A stretch of DNA of 62,549 nt, the filler included, from Candidatus Delongbacteria bacterium (lineage in GTDB: Bacteria; UBA4055): the NCBI GenBank assembly GCA_016937995.1. It is 3 parts of 3 records of this genome, joined end to end, with 100 filler letters (N's around TTAATTAATTAA, not from the genome) between each part and the next. Parts side by side here need not be neighbours in the genome. Positions count along the whole stretch, not along the records: positions 1 to 31,460 come from JAFGVM010000074.1; positions 31,561 to 55,986 come from JAFGVM010000075.1; 1 more part is not named here. One strand, written 5' to 3'. Positions 28,436 to 38,231 of this stretch are shown here, piece after piece. Numbering within the stretch: the stretch's first letter is position 1; each line of letters opens with the position of its first letter. The notes beneath the pieces were generated by a model. The model had not been told where the DNA came from. It searched no databases and worked only from the letters and a program-made list of their open reading frames with translations. The position numbers and the translations under genes are program-made.

Positions 28436-29344
28436 TTAAGCCATTAAACACGACATAGCAATGCAATAGAACTTGGATTTCTCACTTTCACTTCTTGACA
28501 TAACGACAACAGGTTTATCAGTTCCCTGGATCAACCCGCCAAGCTCTGCATTGGCAAAGAGCATCAAGCCTTTATAAAATGAATTACATGCTTCCAGTGT
28601 CGGAAATATTAAAACATCCGCATCTCCGTTTATTGGTGTAGCAACACCTTTAATATCAATACTTTCTGTATCGCATGCCAGGAAAATATCCAATGGGCCA
28701 TCAATGATACAATCCTGTAACTGACCTCTTTCACACATTTTGCAGATAGCTGAATAATCTATAGAGTTCGGTAAACTGAGACTTACTTTTTCAGTTGCTC
28801 CGATCAATGCTACTTTAGGTTTCGTTATACCAAAAGCTCTGGTCATATTTATTGCGTAATTCAGCATTGCGATCTTTTGATTCAGGTCGGGATTCAATAA
28901 TACTGCTGTATCTGTTATGAAGAGCAATTTGTGATAAGCCGGGATCTCCAGAGCTGCTACGTAACTCATTGTGGATTTAGGATGAAGCAGACCCTTTTTT
29001 TTATCCAGAACTGCTTTAAGAAAAATATCTGTGCCGACAAGACCTTTCATCAAAACATCAGCTTCATCACTTTTTACAAGCTCTAAAGCTTTATCTACAG
29101 CTTGAATTGGATTATGTATGTCAATTATCTCAAATATTTCCGGATCGATATTCTCTTCTTTAGCTCTTGCAATGATCTTATCTTTATTCCCAACCATCAC
29201 AGCAGAAGCAAAACCTTTTTCGATAGCCTCGGCTAGTGCTCCTATCGTATTCTGATCTTCACCGCAAGCAACAGCGATCTTTTTCTTTATACCAGAAGAA
29301 ATTACATGTTCCACCATTTGATCAAGTGATCTTATCGGTTCCAT
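28436..29344 (-). CDS. ptb: Phosphate butyryltransferase (PTA/PTB family)
   Basis: LMKGLV, DGPLD and GDADVLIFP motifs; adjacent to buk. Confidence 0.88.
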   Translation of the reverse strand: MEPIRSLDQMVEHVISSGIKKKIAVACGEDQNTIGALAEAIEKGFASAVMVGNKDKIIARAKEENIDPEIFEIIDIHNPIQAVDKALELVKSDEADVLMKGLVGTDIFLKAVLDKKKGLLHPKSTMSYVAALEIPAYHKLLFITDTAVLLNPDLNQKIAMLNYAINMTRAFGITKPKVALIGATEKVSLSLPNSIDYSAICKMCERGQLQDCIIDGPLDIFLACDTESIDIKGVATPINGDADVLIFPTLEACNSFYKGLMLFANAELGGLIQGTDKPVVVMSRSESEKSKFYCIAMSCLMA

Positions 29345-30258
29345 TAGGCGTTCATTGCCCCCAGTGCGATAGAATATAATTTTGTTTTAACACTGTCTCC
29401 GCGTGAAGATAGAACAGCCGGAACTTTTGCTCCACACACTATAGCTCCCAGTTCACCGCCTGTAAGTTTAGTATGAAATTTATAGAAAACATTGCCCGAT
29501 TCAATGTTAGGAAAAACAAGACAGTCTGCATCTCCTGCAACTTCACTTTTTAATTTTTTTATCTCAGCGCTTTCTTTGTCAATTGCAACATCCAGTGCTA
29601 AAGGACCATCAACATAAGCACCTTTTATCTGCCCTCTGTCAGCCATTTTTGAAATTATTGCAGCATCGGCACATGCAGGTATCTTGTGGGATGTTTGTTC
29701 AGTTGCTGCTATTAAAGCGACTTTAGGCATTTCAACACCTAAAGATTTTGCGATTTTTATTACATAGTTTGTAATAGCAATCTTCTGGTCCATATCAGGT
29801 GCAGGTATAAATGCAACATCACTGACCACAAGTAATTTATGATAACCTGAATTCTCTATCACGGTGACATGAGTAAGAATTGCTTTCGGCGTCATCAGCC
29901 CTTTTTCCTTGTTGAGGATAACTCTTAAATATTTGTCAGTAGTAACAAGACCTTTCATGATGAAATCAGCTTTACCTTCATTGATGATGTCCACTGCTTT
30001 CTGAGTTGCTTTTATCTCATCAGATTCTTCAACTATACTGAACTTGTTAATATCTATTCCCTCTTCAAAACAAACCTTTTCAATTTCAGATCTGTCACCG
30101 ACGAGGATACCTTCAATAATTCCAAGGTCGATCGCTTTGCTTACAGCATCGATAGTATGTGAATCGTTTGCATAAGCTGCTACCATTTTCTTTTTTTCTT
30201 TCGATTTCAGTACTTCAAACATTTCTTCAAGTTTCGTAATAGGCATGATAAACTCCAT
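29344..30258 (-). CDS. ptb: Phosphate butyryltransferase (second paralog)
   Basis: IMKGLV, VDGPLALD, GDADCLVFPNIESGN and LSSRGD motifs. Confidence 0.9.
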   Translation of the reverse strand: MEFIMPITKLEEMFEVLKSKEKKKMVAAYANDSHTIDAVSKAIDLGIIEGILVGDRSEIEKVCFEEGIDINKFSIVEESDEIKATQKAVDIINEGKADFIMKGLVTTDKYLRVILNKEKGLMTPKAILTHVTVIENSGYHKLLVVSDVAFIPAPDMDQKIAITNYVIKIAKSLGVEMPKVALIAATEQTSHKIPACADAAIISKMADRGQIKGAYVDGPLALDVAIDKESAEIKKLKSEVAGDADCLVFPNIESGNVFYKFHTKLTGGELGAIVCGAKVPAVLSSRGDSVKTKLYSIALGAMNA

Positions 30259-30375
30259 TAATATATCTTTGACATAGGGAAAAGAAATTACTTTAAATCT
30301 ATAGTTTAGTCAAGAAATTATTTTAGAAAGGATGAGGAAAAAATTGGGGTGTTGTGGGTTGTGGGTTCTGGGTTG

Positions 30376-30406
30376 AGAAAAAAAGAGAGACGCAAAAATG
30401 CGTCTC
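30376..30406 (-). terminator. Putative terminator after pspC
   Basis: GAGACGCA-N4-TGCGTCTC stem followed by TCTTTTTTT on the minus strand. Confidence 0.55.
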
Positions 30407-30454
30407 AGACTGTAAGATACTGAAATAAATTCAGCATGACTTAAGAAGTTTAGC

Positions 30455-30673
30455 TTACTCTTCAGGATCGGGCATAATGAATATGAGCAGTATATAAACA
30501 AGTATTCCCGGGAAAGCAGCACTGAATATCGATGCAAGTACATATCCGATTCTAACTACTGTAGGATCCCATTCCAACCAGTCTGCTATACCTCCGCATA
30601 TACCGAAAAGCATAGAATTACTTTTTGATTTTGTAAGTCTCATCATTATCTCCATTTTTTTATTTATGGACAA
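30455..30673 (-). CDS. pspC: PspC domain protein
   Basis: LTKSKSNSMLFGICGGIA..DPTVVR..YILLIFIMP. Confidence 0.88.
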   Translation of the reverse strand: MSINKKMEIMMRLTKSKSNSMLFGICGGIADWLEWDPTVVRIGYVLASIFSAAFPGILVYILLIFIMPDPEE

Positions 30674-30718
30674 TTAAATGCTCAAATAGTTGTCATTAAT
30701 GACGATAATAAATAAAAA

Positions 30719-31459
30719 TTATTTTTTAGTATCTCCAATATTCATAAGAGGAAGAGGATTCGGACTGTCACCATTAAGGAAATAAATCTTTGCATTATCG
30801 TCTTTTGAAATGGCCTTCAAGGCCTCGAGAGCCTGCAGTTTTATGTAGTTTGTATTGTTAGCAATTGATTTATTTATCGCTGAAATTCTGTAAGCTTCAG
30901 CATCTGCGAGAAGCTTGATCTTATCCGCATCCATTGCCGCAGCTGTTTTTTCGGCCTCAGCCTGAGCGATCTTCTGCTGCTGTTCTGTTTTGAATCTTTC
31001 AAGTTCAGCCTTTTGCTTTTCTACTTCCTGTTCTCTTTCCTTCTTTTTTTCAATGGCGAGAGTTATGAATTTAGGCAGAGTGATATCCCTTATAAGAACC
31101 GCACTCACCTCGACTCCCTTAGGAGCCAGATATTCCTGAAGTCCGGAAAGTAAAGACATTTCAAGTACGGTCTGAGTTTCATCTGTAAAGAAATCTTCCG
31201 CTCTTTTTATTGATTTACCCTGCTCTCTGATAATAGACCGGAGTTTAGGAACTATCTGTACTCTCAAGACATCCTCGAACTTGCCTGTAGATCTCAATAT
31301 CTCGGGAGTTGCTTCGGCAACAAGTCTGAACTGCACACTTACATCAACGCTGGTCTGAAGCTGATCCTGGGTCGGTACCTGAGCCTGCTCAAGATGTGTC
31401 TTCTGTCTGACATCGTATATATGCCATTTGTAGAGGGGATTAACAGGAATATGCAGACC
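30719..31459 (-). CDS. SPFH/band 7/prohibitin family protein, 5' end lost in the gap
   Basis: Frame stays open to the gap (GLHIPVNPLY..VPTQDQLQTSVDVSVQF); VLIRDITLP then AE-rich coiled coil. Confidence 0.85.
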   Translation of the reverse strand, partial: GLHIPVNPLYKWHIYDVRQKTHLEQAQVPTQDQLQTSVDVSVQFRLVAEATPEILRSTGKFEDVLRVQIVPKLRSIIREQGKSIKRAEDFFTDETQTVLEMSLLSGLQEYLAPKGVEVSAVLIRDITLPKFITLAIEKKKEREQEVEKQKAELERFKTEQQQKIAQAEAEKTAAAMDADKIKLLADAEAYRISAINKSIANNTNYIKLQALEALKAISKDDNAKIYFLNGDSPNPLPLMNIGDTKK

Positions 31460-31460
31460 T

Positions 31461-31560
31461 NNNNNNNNNNNNNNNNNNNNNNNNNNNNNNNNNNNNNNNN
31501 NNNNTTAATTAATTAANNNNNNNNNNNNNNNNNNNNNNNNNNNNNNNNNNNNNNNNNNNN
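31461..31560. other. Contig-joining linker (N-TTAATTAATTAA-N)
   Basis: N runs flanking a six-frame stop linker; identical in design to 55987-56086. Confidence 0.95.
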
Positions 31561-31650
31561 ATAATGACCATGTTCAGTCTGGGTGTATTACTGAATATTT
31601 CATACAAATCTAATCAGTTGAAGCATAATAATGACCAGAAAAATAAATAA
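31561..31650 (+). CDS. ftsW: C-terminal fragment of FtsW (partial)
   Basis: Translates to IMTMFSLGVLLNISYKSNQ...*, the SEDS C-terminal G(I/V)LLNIS motif; overlaps the murC start. Confidence 0.7.
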   Translation: MMTMFSLGVLLNISYKSNQLKHNNDQKNK

Positions 31651-33001
31651 AAAGATACATTTTATAGGTATAGGCGGGGCAGGGATGATGCCTTTGGCTA
31701 TACATTGTAAAAAGATAGGTTATGAAGTTACAGGTTCTGATATACTCAGTGATTCTTTCAGTATACTGGAAAGAGAAAATATATTTCCAGTTAAAGGGCA
31801 TATAAGTGATCTTGAAGGTGTAGATATTGTAATTTACACTTCGGCAGTAAAAAGTGACAATAATGAATATAATCTGGCTTTGGAGAAAGGATTAAAATTA
31901 TACAAAAGGGCAGAATTTCTCGGGGAAATAACCAAAGCGTCACATTCTATACTAATAGCAGGATCTCACGGAAAATCAACTACTTCTGTAATGCTTGCAG
32001 ATATGCTTTACAGAGACCCGGATTTTAATATATCAGCGATTATCGGAGCTGAATCTGTCAGGTTGAATTCGAACTACTATAGAGGTGAGGATAATTATCT
32101 GATAGTAGAAGCTGATGAATATGATAGAAGCTTCCTTAGTATGTATCCAAAAGACCTGATCATTTTAAATATTGATAATGATCATCTGGATATTTATGGT
32201 GATATCAAGGGTGTAATTTACGGTTTTAAAACTCTGGTCTATAAGCTTGGAGTAGAGTCTATATTAGTCTATAATTCGGACGATAAAAATGTAATTAATG
32301 CTGTAGAAGGCTCATGTGCAAAATTAGTGCCTGTAGGATTATCAAACGGTGCAAAATACAAGGCCAGGAATATAAGCTATGATAAATTTTATACAGAGTT
32401 CGATCTTATGAAGTCTGATATCCATTTATCAAAGGTCAGATACTACTATTCGGGTCTTCATAATGTTTATAATATGCTTTCTTGTCTTGCATTGCTGTCT
32501 GAATATGGATTTACCGGGGAAGAACTGATCGATAAAGCTACAAAGTTCATGGGTCTTAAAAGAAGACAGGAAATTATTTACAGTGACGAAAATATCGTTC
32601 TTATGGATGATTATGCACATCATCCTACAGAAATTAAAAGCTCTCTGTCAAATATCAGGGAAAATCATAGCGGCAGGATTATTGTGATGTTCCAACCTCA
32701 TCTTTATTCAAGGACCAAAGAACATTTAAATGAATTTTCTCAAAGCTTTAACAAAGCGGATCTGATATTCATATCTCAAATCTATCCGGCCAGAGAGAAG
32801 CATGATCCTACAATAAGCAGTGAAATGATATATGATCTTATGGATGAAAATTTAAAAAATAAGACCAGAGTACTTTCTACTTTCGATGAGATCTTTGATC
32901 AGGTGAATAAAATAAAAAAGAGGGGTGATATTATCGTGAGTATGGGGGCAGGTGAGATAAATAAAGTGATCTATAAATTAAGGAATTCGTTAACTGAATG
33001 A
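31631..33001 (+). CDS. murC: UDP-N-acetylmuramate--L-alanine ligase
   Basis: HFIGIGGAGM, GSHGKSTT, EADEYD, DDYAHHPTEI and FQPHLYSRT motifs. Confidence 0.96.
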   Translation: MTRKINKKIHFIGIGGAGMMPLAIHCKKIGYEVTGSDILSDSFSILERENIFPVKGHISDLEGVDIVIYTSAVKSDNNEYNLALEKGLKLYKRAEFLGEITKASHSILIAGSHGKSTTSVMLADMLYRDPDFNISAIIGAESVRLNSNYYRGEDNYLIVEADEYDRSFLSMYPKDLIILNIDNDHLDIYGDIKGVIYGFKTLVYKLGVESILVYNSDDKNVINAVEGSCAKLVPVGLSNGAKYKARNISYDKFYTEFDLMKSDIHLSKVRYYYSGLHNVYNMLSCLALLSEYGFTGEELIDKATKFMGLKRRQEIIYSDENIVLMDDYAHHPTEIKSSLSNIRENHSGRIIVMFQPHLYSRTKEHLNEFSQSFNKADLIFISQIYPAREKHDPTISSEMIYDLMDENLKNKTRVLSTFDEIFDQVNKIKKRGDIIVSMGAGEINKVIYKLRNSLTE

Positions 33002-33885
33002 TAGAAAAGATAAAAAATATTATTGATGCGGATGATATTAAGTTAGATGAATACTTGAAGGATCATACCAGCTACAGGATCGGTGGACCTGCGGAGATCT
33101 ATGTATATCCAAAGAATAAAGATCAGCTGGTAAAATTAATAAAATTGTTAAAAGGTTCAAATTATCAATATTTTGTGATTGGCAAGGGATCTAATATTCT
33201 GGTTTCGGACGATGGTTTTAAAGGTTGTATCATAGATCTGACAAAACATTTCTCTGGGATAAGAGTTGATGGAGAAATTATGACAGTTGGTTCCGGAGCA
33301 TTATTGACAGCAATAGCTTTCGAAGCTATCAAACAATCATTATCTGGATTTGAAGAGCTAGCAGGAATTCCGGGAACTATTGGAGGAGCTGTTCTGATGA
33401 ATGCCGGTTGTTACGGTAATGAAATTTCGGATCATATTGTAAGTGTAACTGTGATCGATCCGCAAAATGAGGTTAAAGAATTATCTGTTGATAATATTCA
33501 GTTCGCTTACAGGAAGACAAGTATAAAAAATAACATTGTAGTTGAAGTAAAATTAAAACTTAAATTCGATGAGCAGGCAAGGATCAGAAATAAGACAGAT
33601 GAGCATTTGATTAAAAGAAGAGAATCTCAACCGTTAGACCTTCCATCATGCGGTTCAGTGTTTAAAAGACCTGTAAATAACTTTGCCGGTAAACTCATAG
33701 AAGATGCGGGATTGAAGGGTAAAATTATCGGAGGTGCTAAGATCTCTGAAAAACATGCGGGATTCATAGTGAATTTTTCAAATGCCACATCAAAAGATGT
33801 CAGAGAAGTAATAAAATTAGTCAAAGAGACTGTTAATAATAAATTCAATATTATGCTTGAAGAGGAAGTAATTTATCTGGGGTGA
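32998..33885 (+). CDS. murB: UDP-N-acetylenolpyruvoylglucosamine reductase
   Basis: GKGSNIL, GIPGTIGGA..MNAG, SCGSVFKRP and SEKHA motifs. Confidence 0.96.
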   Translation: MIEKIKNIIDADDIKLDEYLKDHTSYRIGGPAEIYVYPKNKDQLVKLIKLLKGSNYQYFVIGKGSNILVSDDGFKGCIIDLTKHFSGIRVDGEIMTVGSGALLTAIAFEAIKQSLSGFEELAGIPGTIGGAVLMNAGCYGNEISDHIVSVTVIDPQNEVKELSVDNIQFAYRKTSIKNNIVVEVKLKLKFDEQARIRNKTDEHLIKRRESQPLDLPSCGSVFKRPVNNFAGKLIEDAGLKGKIIGGAKISEKHAGFIVNFSNATSKDVREVIKLVKETVNNKFNIMLEEEVIYLG

Positions 33886-33888
33886 AAT

Positions 33889-34635
33889 ATGAAATTAAAA
33901 AATATATTGAACAAAATATTTAGAATACTGAAAGTAACATTTGCAGTGATAATCATAATAACAACAGCTTTCAGCTCTTATGAAATGTTCAAATTATACA
34001 ACAGTACAGACAAATTCAATCTGTCCAAGATCATTGTAAATAATGAATTCATGCTTACTAAAGGTGAAATTATAGAACTGTCAGAAGCAAAAAGAGGAAT
34101 AAGGGTCATGGACGTTGATACTGAGCTTCTGAGAAAAAATCTGAAGAGGTCACCATTTATCGTGGATGCAGATGTCAGGGTCGTATATCCTTCAGCAATG
34201 GTGATTAGAGTTACAGAAAATAAACCTATCGCCTATGTTAATGAAAATAATATATTAAAATATGTCGGAAATAACGGAGAAATACTGGGTAAGGTCATTC
34301 CTGATAAAAGCTATGATCTGCCGATCATTACTGATAATGAAATTAATGTAAAAGTGATAGACTATCTTAATACTGCCTACAATATGAGTCAGTTTGTTTA
34401 TCATCAGATATCAGAAATTAAATATACTGTCCGAGGTGTTGAGATAAATCTGATAAAGGCAAGTGCAAATGTGGTGATCGGACGAAATGATTTTGAAAAA
34501 AAGATAGTTCTGCTTGAAAATTTCATTAGAGAGGAATATGATAATATTACCTTCAGTAAGGTTGATTATATTGATTTCAGGTTCGATAAGCAGGTCATAT
34601 TAAAAGAACGTCAGACAAGTGAAAATAAAATGTAG
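33889..34635 (+). CDS. ftsQ: Cell division protein FtsQ/DivIB
   Basis: TM, POTRA-like region and C-terminal YIDFRF; position between murB and ftsA. Confidence 0.85.
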   Translation: MKLKNILNKIFRILKVTFAVIIIITTAFSSYEMFKLYNSTDKFNLSKIIVNNEFMLTKGEIIELSEAKRGIRVMDVDTELLRKNLKRSPFIVDADVRVVYPSAMVIRVTENKPIAYVNENNILKYVGNNGEILGKVIPDKSYDLPIITDNEINVKVIDYLNTAYNMSQFVYHQISEIKYTVRGVEINLIKASANVVIGRNDFEKKIVLLENFIREEYDNITFSKVDYIDFRFDKQVILKERQTSENKM

Positions 34636-34656
34636 TAAAATGGAGATGTCTTCAGT

Positions 34657-35883
34657 ATGTATATACTAGGAATTGATTTTGGAAGTAGATATATCAAAGC
34701 TGCTTTAAGTATAGTTGACCAGGATAACAAGATCACTATTATTGATACTTTCAGTGAAACTCATAAAGCTTCCAGAAAAGGTACTATCACAGATCTTGTA
34801 AGGGCAAAAGAGGCATTCAAATCTATCGTTGAAAAGGTAAAAATGAAGCATGAGGAAGAAATTGATTTTTATCTGATCACGATCTCGGGTGAAGGGATCA
34901 GTACATTCACCGGTACTACAAAAATACCTTTGTGGAAGCAGGAAAATGAGGAAAGAAGAATTAAGATAACCAAAGCACACGTAAATGAAGTGATAAAAAC
35001 GGCTAAATTATCATATATGACAGATAATAAAGTTGAACTGCATTCGATACCTCAGGAATATACAATAGATGATCAGCAACCGACTCAGAATCCGATCGAT
35101 ATGAGTGGTGTTAAACTTAAAGGCAGTGTTTATGTAATTCAGGCTGAAAAAACACAGAAAGAGAATCTTGTGAATATATTAAGTGATTGCGGGATTGAAA
35201 ATTACAGGATCATTTATTCTCCACTGGCTACATCTGAAGCTGTATTGGATGAAGATGACAAAGAAACAGGTATGATAATGTTATCAGTTGGTGATCAGAC
35301 GACCGAACTTGTTATCTATCACGGTGGAATATTGAGAATGGCAAAAGTAATTCCGTTCGGTTCTTACAACATTACAAAAGATCTGAAAATATTATTAAAG
35401 ACAGACTATAAAACTGCTAATGAAATAAAGAAGGAAAAAGCTACAGCTTTTATAGAGGATGCTGATCCGGAGAAAGAGATAGAAGTAGAAAATTCAGGAA
35501 TTCAAAATAAATTACCAACAGAAGAATATGTATCCAAGATAGTTTCAGCCAGACTGAAAGAAGTATATGATTTCGCGATACATGAGATATATAAAGGTTC
35601 GTACCAGAGGATCATACATTCTCCTGTTATGTTAACTGGACCGGGCAGCAGATTGAAAGGTGCGGACAAATTATTTTCTCAGATGAATAATTCAAAAACA
35701 GTGAATGGTAAAATTTGCGGTATAAATACAAAAGATAAAGAAATACATGAAGAAATGTTCACTGTTGTAGGTTTAATCAAGTACGCAGTTAATAACGACC
35801 TGATCGTATCTGAGCATGATGAAAATGAGGAATCAAAAGGAATGCTTTTCAAAATGAAAAGATTCTTTGCAGATATATTTTAA
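34657..35883 (+). CDS. ftsA: Cell division protein FtsA
   Basis: GIDFGS, HSIPQEYTIDD, NPIDMSG and C-terminal amphipathic helix. Confidence 0.9.
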   Translation: MYILGIDFGSRYIKAALSIVDQDNKITIIDTFSETHKASRKGTITDLVRAKEAFKSIVEKVKMKHEEEIDFYLITISGEGISTFTGTTKIPLWKQENEERRIKITKAHVNEVIKTAKLSYMTDNKVELHSIPQEYTIDDQQPTQNPIDMSGVKLKGSVYVIQAEKTQKENLVNILSDCGIENYRIIYSPLATSEAVLDEDDKETGMIMLSVGDQTTELVIYHGGILRMAKVIPFGSYNITKDLKILLKTDYKTANEIKKEKATAFIEDADPEKEIEVENSGIQNKLPTEEYVSKIVSARLKEVYDFAIHEIYKGSYQRIIHSPVMLTGPGSRLKGADKLFSQMNNSKTVNGKICGINTKDKEIHEEMFTVVGLIKYAVNNDLIVSEHDENEESKGMLFKMKRFFADIF

Positions 35884-35904
35884 AAAATTATATATAAACT
35901 TGGC

Positions 35905-37071
35905 ATGGAGGAAATTATGTCATCAATGATATTCGAATTTGATAATGAAATAAAGGGCAGTGCAAAGATCAAGGTCCTGGGCGTAGGCGGAGGCGGTTGT
36001 AATGCTCTGGACAGTATGATAGATTTCGGTGTAAAAGGTGTTGAATTCATTGCTTTAAATACAGATGCTCAGGCCCTGGAAAACTCTAAAGCTGATATCA
36101 GGATCCAGATAGGTACCGAAACCACAAAAGGTTTAGGGGCAGGGGCAGATCCGGATATTGGGAAAAAAGCTATGGAGGAATCCAGAGAGAAGGTCACAAA
36201 TATTCTTTCTGATGCTGATATGGTATTTATTGCTGCAGGAATGGGTGGTGGTACAGGAACTGGTGCTGCCGGTGTAATAGCTGAGATAGCGAATGAGTTG
36301 GGAGCTTTAACTGTAGCTATCGTTACAAAACCTTTTAAATTTGAAGGCAATAAAAGAATGAATAATGCCGGGGAAGGTATCAAAAAATTAAAAGATAATG
36401 TTGATGCTCTTATTATAATAAACAATCAAAGGCTTCTTCAGTCAGCTTCAGATTCCAACACGACCATTAAAAATGCATTCCTTCAAGTGGACCAGGTATT
36501 ATATAAAGCTGTTAGAGGTATTTCAGACCTGATCACTGTCAGAGGTATTGTTAATCTTGATTTTGCTGATATTAAAACAGTGATGAAAGGTATGGGAGAT
36601 GCAATGATGGGTGTTGGTGAGGCAGAAGGTGAACATGCATGTGTGGAGGCAGCTCAAACAGCAATTCAAAGCACATTATTGGAGAATATTGATATTAAAG
36701 GAGCTAAAGGTATACTGGTAAACATTAGTGCAAGTGATAATATGTCATTATTTGAAGTTGAACAGGCTATGGATATCATTTATGATGCCGCTGGAACAAA
36801 TGATGTAAATGTTATCTTTGGAGTTGTTACAGAGGAAGATATGGGTGATAAGATCAGAGTTACAGTTATAGCTACAGGATTTGAAAGTGACAGCCAGCCG
36901 AAATTCAAGAGCAGTAATATAGTTGAAAGACATATATTTGGTAATGAAAACAAGAAGAGGGAAGAAGCTGAAGAGATCGAAGCTGAAGAAGTTAAACCAG
37001 CGTTGAACGTAGTTTCATCAGTTGATACAGATTTTGAGATACCTGCATTTTTACGAAATCAAAAGGATTGA
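35905..37071 (+). CDS. ftsZ: Cell division protein FtsZ
   Basis: GVGGGGCNA, GMGGGTGTG, NLDFAD and C-terminal IPAFLR. Confidence 0.98.
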   Translation: MEEIMSSMIFEFDNEIKGSAKIKVLGVGGGGCNALDSMIDFGVKGVEFIALNTDAQALENSKADIRIQIGTETTKGLGAGADPDIGKKAMEESREKVTNILSDADMVFIAAGMGGGTGTGAAGVIAEIANELGALTVAIVTKPFKFEGNKRMNNAGEGIKKLKDNVDALIIINNQRLLQSASDSNTTIKNAFLQVDQVLYKAVRGISDLITVRGIVNLDFADIKTVMKGMGDAMMGVGEAEGEHACVEAAQTAIQSTLLENIDIKGAKGILVNISASDNMSLFEVEQAMDIIYDAAGTNDVNVIFGVVTEEDMGDKIRVTVIATGFESDSQPKFKSSNIVERHIFGNENKKREEAEEIEAEEVKPALNVVSSVDTDFEIPAFLRNQKD

Positions 37072-37102
37072 TATAAGTTGATAATCAAAAAATAGGAATA
37101 AA

Positions 37103-37585
37103 ATGCTATATCTAAATGAAAAAGAAATAATTAAAGGATTCCTGGATCACTTTGTCAAAAGATCATCTGAAACTATGAACCTTAAGTTGCAGATAAAGAA
37201 ACTGCACATAGAAGATCCGAGGCCAAATGAATTATATAAAGATTTTCAGGATGGAAAAAGTTCATCGGAGACAAATGTCGAGATAGAAATAATAGGATGG
37301 AAAAGTTATTCAGATGACGGTTTAAAACAATTTATGATATCACTTTTAGATGATTCAGATGTTTTTGCTCCTATAGTTGAACTTGAGGTCTTTGAAATAT
37401 CTGCAAAAGGTAAACTGACAGTTAATTTGATCTTCAAGATAGTTTATGCAAGATATGAGATCGAAACAGGTCAAAAAATAGTTAATGATCTTTCAACAGG
37501 AAAGATGAATAAAAATGATGTGATAAGAGAAGTTGAGATCAGATTGTCAGAAATATATTCTTTACTAAATAAGCTTAAGGATTGA
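37103..37585 (+). CDS. Hypothetical protein
   Basis: 160-aa ORF with AGGA RBS, overlapping the queD start; no recognised motif. Confidence 0.6.
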   Translation: MLYLNEKEIIKGFLDHFVKRSSETMNLKLQIKKLHIEDPRPNELYKDFQDGKSSSETNVEIEIIGWKSYSDDGLKQFMISLLDDSDVFAPIVELEVFEISAKGKLTVNLIFKIVYARYEIETGQKIVNDLSTGKMNKNDVIREVEIRLSEIYSLLNKLKD

Positions 37586-37959
37586 TCATGTATGAAATAT
37601 TTATAAAACATCATTTTTCATCAGCTCACAAATTAATAGATTATGATGGTGAATGTAAAAAACTTCACGGACATAACTGGAAAGTAGAAGTACATGCCAG
37701 ATCAACTGTGCTTAATGATATAGGTATCTCACTGGATTTTAAAGAATTTAAGAAGATAGCCAGAGAAGAGATAGATAAGTTCGACCATGTATATCTGAAT
37801 GAACATCCAGTTTTTGAAAATATTAATCCAACTGCGGAAAATATTGCCAGAATACTATATGAAATACTTTCTAAAAAAATAAATAATGATGATCTCAAAA
37901 TATATATGATCGAAGTATGGGAAAGTGAAAATCACGGTGTAAGATATTTTAAGGAATAA
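37582..37959 (+). CDS. queD: 6-carboxytetrahydropterin synthase QueD
   Basis: FSSAH, CKKLHGHNW, DHVYLN, PTAENIA and VWES motifs. Confidence 0.93.
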   Translation: MIMYEIFIKHHFSSAHKLIDYDGECKKLHGHNWKVEVHARSTVLNDIGISLDFKEFKKIAREEIDKFDHVYLNEHPVFENINPTAENIARILYEILSKKINNDDLKIYMIEVWESENHGVRYFKE

Positions 37960-38143
37960 AAAAAAGTTATACCTGAAAAATTATAGATGTTGTAAATGTT
38001 GAAATAGATAGAAAAAAGATGGTGTTTTATACTTGGGAAATCGTTGGTGTGGATTTTACCTAGGGATTACCTATAAAAATATGTGAAAAAATACCATTTT
38101 TTATTTGAAATATAAAAGAGTATTAGCTAAATTAACTTGTTAT

Positions 38144-38191
38144 ATACAACATATTGTGTTTGATAAATTCTTTTAACGCTATATGTTGTGT
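38144..38191 (+). promoter_or_regulatory. Tandem NrdR-like boxes upstream of dnaE
   Basis: ATACAACATATTGTGT (38144-38159) and ACGCTATATGTTGTGT (38176-38191) fit acaCwAtATaTwGtgt; starts are 32 bp apart. Confidence 0.75.
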
Positions 38192-38231
38192 GTCGCTCTA
38201 AGTTAACTAAACATATTTCTAAGGCTTTTCA

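Noticed and set aside
31505-31516. TTAATTAATTAA within N runs (also 56031-56042)
   Set aside because: Artificial contig linker; adjacency across it carries no biological meaning, so the CRISPR array and second pil operon are not shown to be linked
37960-38231. Possible oriC in the AT-rich region before dnaE
   Set aside because: No convincing TTATCCACA DnaA boxes; the motifs fit NrdR boxes better
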